Assembly: GCA_046542505.1 (NCBI GenBank)
Contig: JBKHBH010000017.1
Span: 1-30,882 of the forward strand
Origin: Thermovirgaceae bacterium
GTDB lineage: Bacteria; Synergistota; Synergistia; Synergistales; Thermovirgaceae
DNA length: 30,882 nucleotides
Reading direction: 5' to 3'
Shown: in pieces, positions 20,101 through 28,150 of the stretch
Layout: every line of letters starts with the position of its first letter
Position numbering within the stretch: the stretch's first letter is position 1
Made by a program: the position numbers and the translations under genes
Notes under the pieces: generated by a model
What the model saw: the letters and a program-made list of their open reading frames with translations, nothing else
Told to the model about the DNA's origin: nothing
The model's database searches: none

Positions 20101-21221
20101 ATGGCTTCTTCAATCTCGATATCCTGGGCAGGCATTTCCTCGCGGCTTCTCCTGTATAGGACGGACACCTTTTCCGCGCCGCGGCGGAGGGCACATCTGG
20201 CGGCGTCCATGGCGGTGTTGCCGCCACCGATGACGGCCACATGCTTCCCGACGGTAACATCCTCGCCTGAGTTGACTTCGTAGAGAAAATCGATCCCTGC
20301 GAGAACGCCATCGAGATCCTCTCCCGGTACCCGCATTGGCATGGACGTCCAGCAGCCCATGGCCAGGACGACGGCGTCATTTTCTGACTTGAGGGATTCG
20401 AGAGTGATGTCTTTGCCAAAGGCCGTGTTCAGTTTGACGTCGATCCCGTGGTCCACAAGCCACTGGGTTTCCCTGTCGAGAATGGCCTGAGGGAGCCTGT
20501 AGTCCGGGATTCCGTAGCGCATCATTCCGCCGAGCTTGTTTTCTTTTTCGTACAGCGTAACCGAGTATCCCTTGAGACGAAGGAAGTACGCCGCTGAAAG
20601 GCCTCCGGGACCGCCGCCCACGACGGCGATCTTCTTGCCGTTTTCCGTTATTCCGGGTATTTCCCCCAATTGGTCGTTTTCGAGGGCCCAGTCTCCGATG
20701 AAACGCTTGATTTCCCTGATGGAGACAGGCTCGTCGTCGACGAAATTCCTGCGGCACTTTTCCTCGCATGGAGCGGGGCATACGCGGCCGATGCTCGCCG
20801 GCATGGTTATGTTTTGATGGAGGATATCCTGGGCCGCCTTGTAGTTCCCCTCGGCTGCGAGGTTGACGTACCCTTTGACGTCTCCCCTGGCCGGGCATGC
20901 GAGCTGGCAGGGAGGCCGGCAATCGCCGACATGGTCAGAGAGAAGCAATTCGAGGGCAAGTTTTCTCGCTCCGGTTACCCGCTCTGTATGGGTTTCAATC
21001 TCCATTCCGTCCTGAACAGGCATGGAACATGCGCGGACAAGGCTTTTGGAGCCTTTTATGTCCACAAGACAGAGTGAACAGCCTCCGTGAAGAGAGAGGT
21101 TCGGATCATAACACAGTGTCGGAATGTCTATGCCGTTTTCCTCGCAAAGCTCCAGGATCATTTGGCCCGGATATCCTTTTACTTCTTTCCCGTTCAGCGT
21201 AACTGTTAACCTACGGTCCAT
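17118..21221 (-). CDS. fdhA: Selenocysteine-containing formate dehydrogenase large subunit fused to NuoG-type Fe-S domains and a GltD/NfnB-like FAD/NADPH domain (~1367 aa; in-frame UGA at 18750-18752)
   Basis: ATG 21221 behind AGGAGG. [2Fe-2S] (TLC...GGCSLC...C), GGGPGG and GGGNTAMD/YRRS Rossmann motifs, 2x CxxCxxCxxxC, CSYCGVGC...CVKG, NNVDHCAHL-TGA-HSATV in frame with the downstream ORF, LRGQNNVQGACDMG, STGR..YHYHTG. Confidence 0.93.
18703..18749 (-). promoter_or_regulatory. Bacterial SECIS element immediately 3' of the Sec UGA
   Basis: After the UGA: CACA-GCGCC-ACUGUGA-AAGGUCUC-GGC-GAGACCUU-CGGAAGC-GGCGC. Perfect 8-bp upper stem, G-starting apical loop at +25, possible GCGCC/GGCGC lower stem. 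Confidence 0.8.
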
Positions 21222-21235
21222 GATAACGGCCCTCC

Positions 21236-23011
21236 TTACTCGACGCTGATCGCATTGACGGGGCAGACGGCCTTGCACTGCCCGCAGCGCACGCAAATGG
21301 AATCATCGATGACATGCGGTTCTTTAACTTTCCCGCTGATCGCATTGACAGGGCAGACCTGGGCACACTTCGTGCATCCAATGCAAACCGAGGGATCGAT
21401 AGTGTAATGTATAAGATTTGTGCATACCTTGGCAGGACATTTTTTGTCCTTGATGTGCGCTTCATATTCATGACGGAAATACTTGAGAGTCGTCAACACG
21501 GGGTTCGGCGCTGTCTGGCCGAGTCCGCAAAGGGAGCCGTCCTTGACCTTATAGGCCATGTCCTCAAGGAGGTCGAGGTCTTCGGGCTTCCCTTTCCCGT
21601 CGCAGATCCTTTCGAGGGTTTCGAGCATCCGCTTGGTCCCGATACGGCAGAAAGGACACTTGCCGCAGGATTCCTTCTGGACGAAGCTCAAAAAGAATTT
21701 GGCCACGTCGACGATACAGGTATCTTCATCCATGACGATCATGCCTCCGGAGCCCATTATGGCGCCCGTGGCGTTTATGGATTCATAGTCAACGGGGGTA
21801 TCGAGCTCGGACTCGGGCAGGCAGCCGCCCGAAGGCCCTCCAAGCTGGACGGCTTTGAAGGGCTTGTCACCGGGGATACCGCCGCCGACCTCAAAGATGA
21901 CGTCCCTGAGAGGCATCCCCATGGGGACTTCAACAAGGCCGCCCTTTCGGATTTTGCCTGTTAGGGCGAACACCTTTGTCCCACGGCTTTTACCCGTTCC
22001 GTACTGGTAAAAAGCGGCAGACCCGTTGCGGATGATCCAAGCCACATTGGCAAGGGTTTCCACGTTGTTGATGTTTGTGGGTTTTCCCCAGATGCCCTTG
22101 TTGGCAGGGAAGGGAGGCCTTGGCCTCGGCATGCCCCGTTTCCCTTCAATAGAGGCCATTAGCGCCGTTTCTTCTCCGCATACGAAGGCTCCGGCACCTT
22201 CCTTGATATAGATGTCGAAGGAAAAGCTGGTTCCCAGAATGTTGGTGCCGATAAACCCTCTTTCCTTGGCCTGTTCGATGGCGATATTCAGTCGTTTTAT
22301 GGCAAGAGGGTATTCGGCGCGACAGTATATGATGCCCTGGGATGCGCCTATAGCGTATCCGCAGACGAGCATGCCTTCAAGGACGCGGTGTGGATCTCCT
22401 TCGAGGACCGACCGGTCCATGAAGGCTCCCGGGTCGCCTTCGTCGGCGTTGCAAACAACATATTTCACGTCAGACTGAGCCTTCTGGGCGAATCTCCATT
22501 TGAGCCCCGTGGGGAACCCCGCTCCCCCGCGGCCCCTGAGACCGCTTTCAAGTATTTCCTCGATAACCGTATCAGGGTCCATTTTTTTAAGGGCCTTTTC
22601 AAGTCCCTTGTATCCAGCGGCCTGGATGTATTCATCTATGCTGGTGGGGTCGATCCTGCCGCAATTTTCGAGCACGATGCGTACCTGCTTGGAGACCATG
22701 GAGGTCTCTTCGGCTTCGAACTCCGTGCTCAGGACCACATTTTCTTCCAGTGGGGTTTTCCCTATCACGTGTTTTTCAAAGATTTCACGAGCCCTGTCGG
22801 CTGTCACTTCCCCGTAGAGTGTTTTAGTGCCACCCTGCTCGATTTCCACGAGAGGTTCACGGAAACACAAACCGATGCAGCCGACTTCCTGTATCTCGAC
22901 ATCTTCATGAGATGCGGTGGCTTCTCTGAGAGCCTCGTAGACAGGTCGTGCCCCGGCGGCGATACCGCAGCTTGCCATTCCCACCTTGATCAACGTTTTC
23001 GAGCTCATCAC
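21236..23011 (-). CDS. NuoF/HydB-like (BfuB/HylB-type) FMN- and NADH-binding subunit with extra Fe-S domains
   Basis: N-terminal thioredoxin-like Fe-S domain (SCGIAAGA...GCIGLC), GRGGAGFPTG, CNADEGDPGAFMDR, FVCGEETAL, GGPSGGC, ESCGKCPFCR...LCGLG, H....CPAKVC, C-terminal 2x[4Fe-4S]. Confidence 0.95.
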   Translation of the reverse strand: MMSSKTLIKVGMASCGIAAGARPVYEALREATASHEDVEIQEVGCIGLCFREPLVEIEQGGTKTLYGEVTADRAREIFEKHVIGKTPLEENVVLSTEFEAEETSMVSKQVRIVLENCGRIDPTSIDEYIQAAGYKGLEKALKKMDPDTVIEEILESGLRGRGGAGFPTGLKWRFAQKAQSDVKYVVCNADEGDPGAFMDRSVLEGDPHRVLEGMLVCGYAIGASQGIIYCRAEYPLAIKRLNIAIEQAKERGFIGTNILGTSFSFDIYIKEGAGAFVCGEETALMASIEGKRGMPRPRPPFPANKGIWGKPTNINNVETLANVAWIIRNGSAAFYQYGTGKSRGTKVFALTGKIRKGGLVEVPMGMPLRDVIFEVGGGIPGDKPFKAVQLGGPSGGCLPESELDTPVDYESINATGAIMGSGGMIVMDEDTCIVDVAKFFLSFVQKESCGKCPFCRIGTKRMLETLERICDGKGKPEDLDLLEDMAYKVKDGSLCGLGQTAPNPVLTTLKYFRHEYEAHIKDKKCPAKVCTNLIHYTIDPSVCIGCTKCAQVCPVNAISGKVKEPHVIDDSICVRCGQCKAVCPVNAISVE

Positions 23012-23502
23012 GCGGTGCCCCCCTTGTCTCTGTCCCTGTAGGTTTCGAGCACGTCTACCGCCTTTTCCGGGCTCAGTCTCCCGTGAACTTCACCGTTAAC
23101 CATCATGACCGGCGCAAGACTGCAACAGCCTAAACAGGCGACGAAGTGCAGCGAAAACATCCCGTCGTCAGTGGTACCCCCTTCTTTGATGCCCAGATGG
23201 CGCTCCAGCTGCTCGCCGATAAGGGATGAACCCTGTACGTGGCACGCCGTGCCCCGACAGAGGCGGATCACATATTTTCCCTCAGGTTGAAAGCGAAACA
23301 TGGAATAAAAAGAAGCGACGCCGAAAAGTTCCGCGGATGGAATGTTCAGCGACCGGGAAACATGGTCAATCGCCTCTTCAGGCAGATAGCCCAAGGTTTC
23401 CTGAATTTTTGAAAGGAGGGCGATTGTGGTGCCCTTCTTTCCGCGAAACAGCTCTATTATCGGATCGAGCCGCTCCTCGAGGTTTTCTGTTGCTAGTGTC
23501 AT
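23008..23502 (-). CDS. NuoE/HydC-like (BfuC-type) [2Fe-2S] subunit
   Basis: Q..LGYLP, GVASFYSMF, CRGTACH...CLGCCSLAP. ATG 23502 behind GGGAGGAG. Stop overlaps the next start. Confidence 0.95.
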   Translation of the reverse strand: MTLATENLEERLDPIIELFRGKKGTTIALLSKIQETLGYLPEEAIDHVSRSLNIPSAELFGVASFYSMFRFQPEGKYVIRLCRGTACHVQGSSLIGEQLERHLGIKEGGTTDDGMFSLHFVACLGCCSLAPVMMVNGEVHGRLSPEKAVDVLETYRDRDKGGTA

Positions 23503-23580
23503 GCACATCTCCTCCCGAATCCTAAGGGTTTGACCGGCTGCAGGCCGGTATGAAAGTCTGGAGGGAAAAAACCGAATCAA

Positions 23581-23598
23581 ATGTGTTTCTGTTCACAC
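23581..23598. promoter_or_regulatory. Weaker candidate Rex operator in the FDH operon leader
   Basis: ATGTGTTTCTGTTCACAC versus TTGTGAANNNNTTCACAA (4 mismatches, one near-perfect half-site). Confidence 0.3.
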
Positions 23599-23613
23599 GC
23601 AACGCACCTTCAC

Positions 23614-23631
23614 AAGTTATGATTATAACAA
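23614..23631 (-). promoter_or_regulatory. Extended -10 promoter of the FDH operon overlapped by a Rex-like palindrome
   Basis: Minus strand TTGTTATAATCATAACTT contains TG-T-TATAAT (23630-23622) and the dyad GTTAT-N4-ATAAC. Confidence 0.6.
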
Positions 23632-23727
23632 ACTTTTCGAATCAGTGAATACAAGGAAGGGGCGATCCTGTACAAATTTTCGCCGGAATTTGAATATATT
23701 GACACAAAGTACGTAGGGAAACCAGAC

Positions 23728-23755
23728 TTGACAGTCTTGTTGCCATTCGTATAAT
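23728..23755 (+). promoter_or_regulatory. Consensus sigma70 promoter for the glutaredoxin gene
   Basis: TTGACA (23728-33), 16 bp spacer, TATAAT (23750-55). Confidence 0.8.
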
Positions 23756-23821
23756 TACCACTGGAAGGTATATTTCGAAGGATAAACATACGGAGGTTTT
23801 TCTCGAAAAGGAGTGGTGACA

Positions 23822-24067
23822 TTGTCAAATGTAAAAGTGTACTCGACACCCACGTGCCCCTGGTGCACGAAAGTCAAGGAATATCTTGGATCTCTTGGTG
23901 TTGAATTTGAAAATATTGACGTGAGCAAGGACAGGGATGCCGCCATGGCCATGGTGAAAAAGACGCGGCAAATGGGTGTTCCTGTTACGGAAATCGGGGA
24001 AAACTACATCATCGGTTTCGACAAGGATTCTATCGACAAGGCGCTCGAGGAAGAAGGACTAAAGTAG
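23822..24067 (+). CDS. Glutaredoxin-like protein (NrdH/YruB family)
   Basis: VKVYSTPTCPWC, QMGVPV, IIGFD. TTG 23822 behind AGGAGTGGTGA. Confidence 0.92.
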   Translation: MSNVKVYSTPTCPWCTKVKEYLGSLGVEFENIDVSKDRDAAMAMVKKTRQMGVPVTEIGENYIIGFDKDSIDKALEEEGLK

Positions 24068-24089
24068 AAGGAACAAAAAGATTTTGTTG

Positions 24090-24124
24090 AAGCGGGCCTG
24101 CTGGTGCAGGCCCGCTTTGTTTTT
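24090..24124 (+). terminator. Intrinsic terminator after glutaredoxin
   Basis: AAGCGGGCCTGC-TGGT-GCAGGCCCGCTT followed by TGTTTTT. Confidence 0.85.
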
Positions 24125-24145
24125 CCCGAAGCCTTTCGCTACAAT
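24117..24145 (+). promoter_or_regulatory. Candidate promoter for pgi operon, -35 inside the terminator U-tract
   Basis: TTGTTT (24117-22), 17 bp spacer, TACAAT (24140-45). Confidence 0.5.
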
Positions 24146-24194
24146 GAAAATCATCAGGCCTTTCCCAAAGTTCCTTTTAAAACGGGGTGATGGA

Positions 24195-25574
24195 ATGGAC
24201 ATTCTTGAACTTTCTTACGGTGGAGCCTTCCCCGGCGGATCAAAAAACGAAGGGAAGAATCTTGCCCGTATTTTTGATGAACTGGAAGATTCCCTGAAGC
24301 TTGTACAATCGCAGCTGGAAGAGGGCGTGCGGGAGAAAAAGGACGGCTTCGGCTGGGTCCTGCTCCCGGAGGAACACCCTAATGCCGTCCTCGAAACCGC
24401 GGATCGGTTGAATGGCTACGATGCGGTCGTGCAAATAGGTATCGGAGGTTCCGCCCTCGGAAACCTTATGTTACAGAATGCCCTCGTTCACCCCTATTAC
24501 AACGAACTCTCCAGAGGGGAACGAGGGGGGCCGAGGTTTTATATGGCTGATAATGCTGATCCTGAAGGGACGTCAGCCATCTGGGAAATGATCGATCCTG
24601 ACCGCACAGCCTTCATCGTGGTGAGCAAGTCTGGGACAACAGCGGAAACCATGGCGAATTTCCTCTGGTTCTGGAACCGAATCAGCAGAAAGAACGGGAA
24701 GGAAGCCGCAAAACAGGTAACCGTAGTAACGGATCCTGAAAGAGGTGTGCTCAGGTCTTTCGCAAAGGAAACGGGGTGTCACTCATTGGTCATTCCTCCG
24801 GGAGTCGGCGGAAGATACTCGGTGCTGTCCGCCGTGGGACTTCTTTCTGCGGCATGTCAGGGAATTGATGTGAGAAGACTGCTTGGAGGCGCATCAGCGA
24901 TGCGAAGCAGGATCATCGCGGAAGAAAGTCTTGCGGCAAATCCCGCATGGATACTTGCTGCCTGTGGTTTCACCCATGCGAAAGCAGGAAGAAACATGAT
25001 GGTTCTCATGCCATATGCGGATTGCCTGCTGGATTTTACGGAATGGTTTGCCCAGCTTTGGGCCGAAAGCCTTGGGAAAGACGGGAAAGGAAGCACACCA
25101 GTCAGGGCGCTTGGCGCGATCGATCAGCACTCACAAGTGCAGCTGTATACGTCAGGACCGGATGACAAACTGTTTTTACTGATGAGCGTGGACGAACGGG
25201 ACCCTCTTTATCTGCCGGAATGTCATGAAACGGCCCTGGAGCCCTTGTCGTACCTGTCAGGCAAGACCATGGGCGGAATGCTGAATTCCGAGGCCCTCGC
25301 AACGACGGCATCGTTGATCAAGGCGAAAAGGCCCGTTTTGTGGATGCGCCTGCCGAAAATTGATGCCTTCCGAATGGGCGGACTTATATACCTGTTTGAG
25401 TATGCCACAGCCCTTGCCGGGGGGCTCATGGAGATCAACCCCTTTGACCAGCCTGGAGTTGAGCAGGGGAAACGCTATACTTACGGGCTCATGGGAAAAA
25501 GAGGTTTCGAGGAAGACGCGCGGGAAGCCGAAAAGTTCTTTAAAAAGGCCCTGGCAAGGACGTTGAAGGTATGA
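24195..25574 (+). CDS. pgi: Glucose-6-phosphate isomerase
   Basis: IGIGGSALG, VSKSGTTAET, VGGRYSVLS, QLWAESLGK, DQHSQVQ, NPFDQPGVEQGK. ATG 24195 behind GGGGTGA. Confidence 0.96.
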   Translation: MDILELSYGGAFPGGSKNEGKNLARIFDELEDSLKLVQSQLEEGVREKKDGFGWVLLPEEHPNAVLETADRLNGYDAVVQIGIGGSALGNLMLQNALVHPYYNELSRGERGGPRFYMADNADPEGTSAIWEMIDPDRTAFIVVSKSGTTAETMANFLWFWNRISRKNGKEAAKQVTVVTDPERGVLRSFAKETGCHSLVIPPGVGGRYSVLSAVGLLSAACQGIDVRRLLGGASAMRSRIIAEESLAANPAWILAACGFTHAKAGRNMMVLMPYADCLLDFTEWFAQLWAESLGKDGKGSTPVRALGAIDQHSQVQLYTSGPDDKLFLLMSVDERDPLYLPECHETALEPLSYLSGKTMGGMLNSEALATTASLIKAKRPVLWMRLPKIDAFRMGGLIYLFEYATALAGGLMEINPFDQPGVEQGKRYTYGLMGKRGFEEDAREAEKFFKKALARTLKV

Positions 25575-25590
25575 AGCGCGAGGTCCGTCC

Positions 25591-26436
25591 ATGAAAACTG
25601 CGAAGAGCCCAAAACAGGCCCGCGAAGCACTGAAAGGCCTGAAAGAGGGGATGCCCAAAGTGGTTGGACTGGTCCCGACCATGGGTTTCCTTCACGAAGG
25701 TCATCTGTCTCTCATCAGGCGGTGCAAAAAAGAATGCGAACTTTGCGTCGTATCGATCTTTGTCAATCCCATACAGTTTGGCCCTTCAGAGGATTATGAA
25801 GACTATCCGAGGGATTTCGAAAGGGATGTGGCGTTTCTCGAAAAAGAAGGGGTAGACCTCCTTTTCGCCCCTCCTGCGGAAGCCATGTACCTGAAAGGTG
25901 CCTCGACTGTGGTGCGGGAAACGAAACTGAGCAACGTCCTTTGCGGTGCTACTCGACCTGGACATTTCGAGGGCGTCTGTACCGTTGTTCTTAAACTGTA
26001 TAATATCCTGACACCTGACAGGATGTATTTCGGCGAAAAAGATTACCAACAGCTTGTGGTGATCAGGAAAATGATGAAAGATCTCAATGTCCCCGTTGAA
26101 ATCATCGGGTGTCCCACCGTCAGGGATTCAGACGGTATTGCCGTCAGTAGCAGAAACATCTATATGAAGCCCGAAGAGACAAAAGATGCTGCATATATCA
26201 ATGAAGCCCTTTGTGAGGCTGAAAAACGTTTTCACGAAGGAGAACGGAAGACCGAGGTTCTCGAGAAACTCGTCAGGACACGTCTTTCTCAGGCGAAAAG
26301 GATGTCTATTGAGTATGTGGAAGTCCGCGACGCAGAAAACCTTGAAAAAGTGGAAAAAATCACAAAGCCTGCTGTCGTTGCTGTCGCAGTCCGTGTCGGG
26401 AAGGCCCGCCTGATCGACAACAGGATATTGAGGTGA
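25591..26436 (+). CDS. panC: Pantoate--beta-alanine ligase
   Basis: VPTMGFLHEGH, SIFVNPIQF, RPGHFEGV, FGEKDYQQ, SSRN, RLIDN. Confidence 0.97.
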   Translation: MKTAKSPKQAREALKGLKEGMPKVVGLVPTMGFLHEGHLSLIRRCKKECELCVVSIFVNPIQFGPSEDYEDYPRDFERDVAFLEKEGVDLLFAPPAEAMYLKGASTVVRETKLSNVLCGATRPGHFEGVCTVVLKLYNILTPDRMYFGEKDYQQLVVIRKMMKDLNVPVEIIGCPTVRDSDGIAVSSRNIYMKPEETKDAAYINEALCEAEKRFHEGERKTEVLEKLVRTRLSQAKRMSIEYVEVRDAENLEKVEKITKPAVVAVAVRVGKARLIDNRILR

Positions 26437-26442
26437 GAGGAA

Positions 26443-27204
26443 GTGAAAGAATCTTTGCTGTATCTCGACGAAGTGTCAGTGACCCGAGGAGGCGCCGACA
26501 TTCTTCAGAATGTCACCCTTCAGGTCAGACCCAGGGAAATGACGGGGGTTTTAGGCAGAAACGGTGCCGGAAAGTCAAGTCTTGCCTACGCTGTTATGGG
26601 GATAAAGAGCTACAAGCCCCGGTCAGGACGGGTTTACTTTAATGGAAAGGACATAACGGACTGGAGCATTACGGACCGGGCGAAAGCCGGAGTGACCCTC
26701 GCGTGGCAGCACCCTGCCCGGTATGAGGGCATAAGTGTTCGGGAGTACCTTCGTCTTTCATCAGGCGGGAACGCCAAAGAGGATGAAATGAAAGAGGCCC
26801 TCTATCTTGTTCAGCTCGACGCGGGGTACCTCGACAGAATGGTGGACAAGAACCTTTCAGGCGGCGAACGCAAGCGCATTGAGCTGTCGTCGGTCTATAT
26901 GATGAAACCGGCCCTGACGATTCTCGACGAGCCGGATTCCGGGGTTGATCTGCTTGCCCTTGGAGAAATCACGCGATTATTCAGGAAAATGGTCGAAGAT
27001 GGTGGAAGCGTTCTGCTCATTACCCATCGTGAGGATGTTGCCGCCCGCTGTGACAGGTCTTACCTGATGTGCAACGGGAAAATCATGCTTGAGGGCAGCG
27101 CGGAGGCCGTCAGACGATACTTCATGTCACAGTGCCGTCCCTGTCCGGACCCTGATGCGGAGGAACATGCCAGCCTGGAGGAAGAGGAAAATGCAGGTCA
27201 CTGA
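26443..27204 (+). CDS. sufC: SufC-like ABC ATPase (SmsC-type)
   Basis: GRNGAGKS Walker A, LAWQHPARYEG, LSGGERKRIE, ILDEPDSGVD, ITH, C-terminal CRPC. Overlaps the sufB/D gene. Confidence 0.88.
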   Translation: MKESLLYLDEVSVTRGGADILQNVTLQVRPREMTGVLGRNGAGKSSLAYAVMGIKSYKPRSGRVYFNGKDITDWSITDRAKAGVTLAWQHPARYEGISVREYLRLSSGGNAKEDEMKEALYLVQLDAGYLDRMVDKNLSGGERKRIELSSVYMMKPALTILDEPDSGVDLLALGEITRLFRKMVEDGGSVLLITHREDVAARCDRSYLMCNGKIMLEGSAEAVRRYFMSQCRPCPDPDAEEHASLEEEENAGH

Positions 27205-28138
27205 CGAATACAAAAGCCTCGTGGAAATAGCCGGGAAAACAGGAGGGGTATCCGGGACCCTTGGTGAAGCCGATGCAATATACGTCGTCGTGCATGCTAA
27301 CAAGATTCTCGACAGGAACGTACTTCCCGGTGTCGACATACAGGCTGAGGAAACGGAAGACGGCATCGACGCGACGATTTCCGTTGACGACGGGGTAGTC
27401 ATCCCCAAGCCGGTACACTTGTGTTTCGGTCACCTGGGTGATTCCGGACGTCAGGTTATCAACAGCAAAATTTTTATCGGGAAAGGTGCCAGAGCGGATT
27501 TTCTTGCCCATTGTATTTTCCCGAACGCCGTCGAGTTTCTCCACGCCATGGAAGGTTCCATACATATCGGTGAAAATGGGTCGTTCAGCTACAAGGAAGT
27601 TCATGTCCATGGTCCTGAGGGCAAGATAGAAGTCCGTCCCGTCAGCAAGGTGATACTTGAAGACGGCGCCTCGTACTACGGAGATTTCACCCTTGTCGAA
27701 GGACGGGTCGGGGATCTGGACATAGACATTGACGTGGAAGCCGGAGGCGATTCCAGCCATGTGGAAGTAACGTCAAAGATTTACGGCAAACATGACGATA
27801 TCTGCCAGGTACGAGACGTGGTCAGGCTGACCGGCAAAAACAGCTCGGCCCTCGTAAAAGCAAGGGTCGTTCTCAAGGATTCCAGCAGCGGAAAGTTCCT
27901 CGGCCTGATAGACGGCGCGGCTCCGGGCGCACGCGGCCATGTGGACTGTACTGAAGTCATTCAGGGCAACGCGAAGGCCGAGGCTTCACCGGTCGTCATG
28001 GCATCCCATCCCGAAGCCGAGGTAACGCACGAAGCGGCTATCGGCAGGATCGCGGATGACAAGATAGAAGGTTTGATGGCGAAAGGGCTTGACGAAGATG
28101 AAGCGGTAGATGTCATCGTTTCGGGACTTCTCAGCTGA
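27191..28138 (+). CDS. sufB: SufB/SufD-family Fe-S scaffold protein, short archaeal/anaerobe type (SmsB-like, ~315 aa)
   Basis: PVHLCFG, AHCIFPNA, ARGHVDCTE, AEVTHEAAIGRI, LMAKGLDEDEA. ATG 27191. Confidence 0.88.
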   Translation: MQVTDEYKSLVEIAGKTGGVSGTLGEADAIYVVVHANKILDRNVLPGVDIQAEETEDGIDATISVDDGVVIPKPVHLCFGHLGDSGRQVINSKIFIGKGARADFLAHCIFPNAVEFLHAMEGSIHIGENGSFSYKEVHVHGPEGKIEVRPVSKVILEDGASYYGDFTLVEGRVGDLDIDIDVEAGGDSSHVEVTSKIYGKHDDICQVRDVVRLTGKNSSALVKARVVLKDSSSGKFLGLIDGAAPGARGHVDCTEVIQGNAKAEASPVVMASHPEAEVTHEAAIGRIADDKIEGLMAKGLDEDEAVDVIVSGLLS

Positions 28139-28150
28139 AGAGCCCGTGCT

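Noticed and set aside
17118..21296. Two separate genes or a nonsense pseudogene for the FDH subunit, as the ORF track suggests
   Set aside because: The stop is an in-frame UGA at the Sec ligand position with a SECIS-like hairpin, and the GTG at 18737 has no RBS.
21236..23502. Respiratory complex I or hydrogenase operon
   Set aside because: There are no membrane Nuo subunits, no H-cluster motifs and no NiFe subunits; the catalytic partner is the FDH fusion.
23510..23580. Moco/tungsten-cofactor riboswitch (CCTAAG and CCTCCCG words seen)
   Set aside because: The words are on the non-transcribed strand and in the wrong order for the motif.
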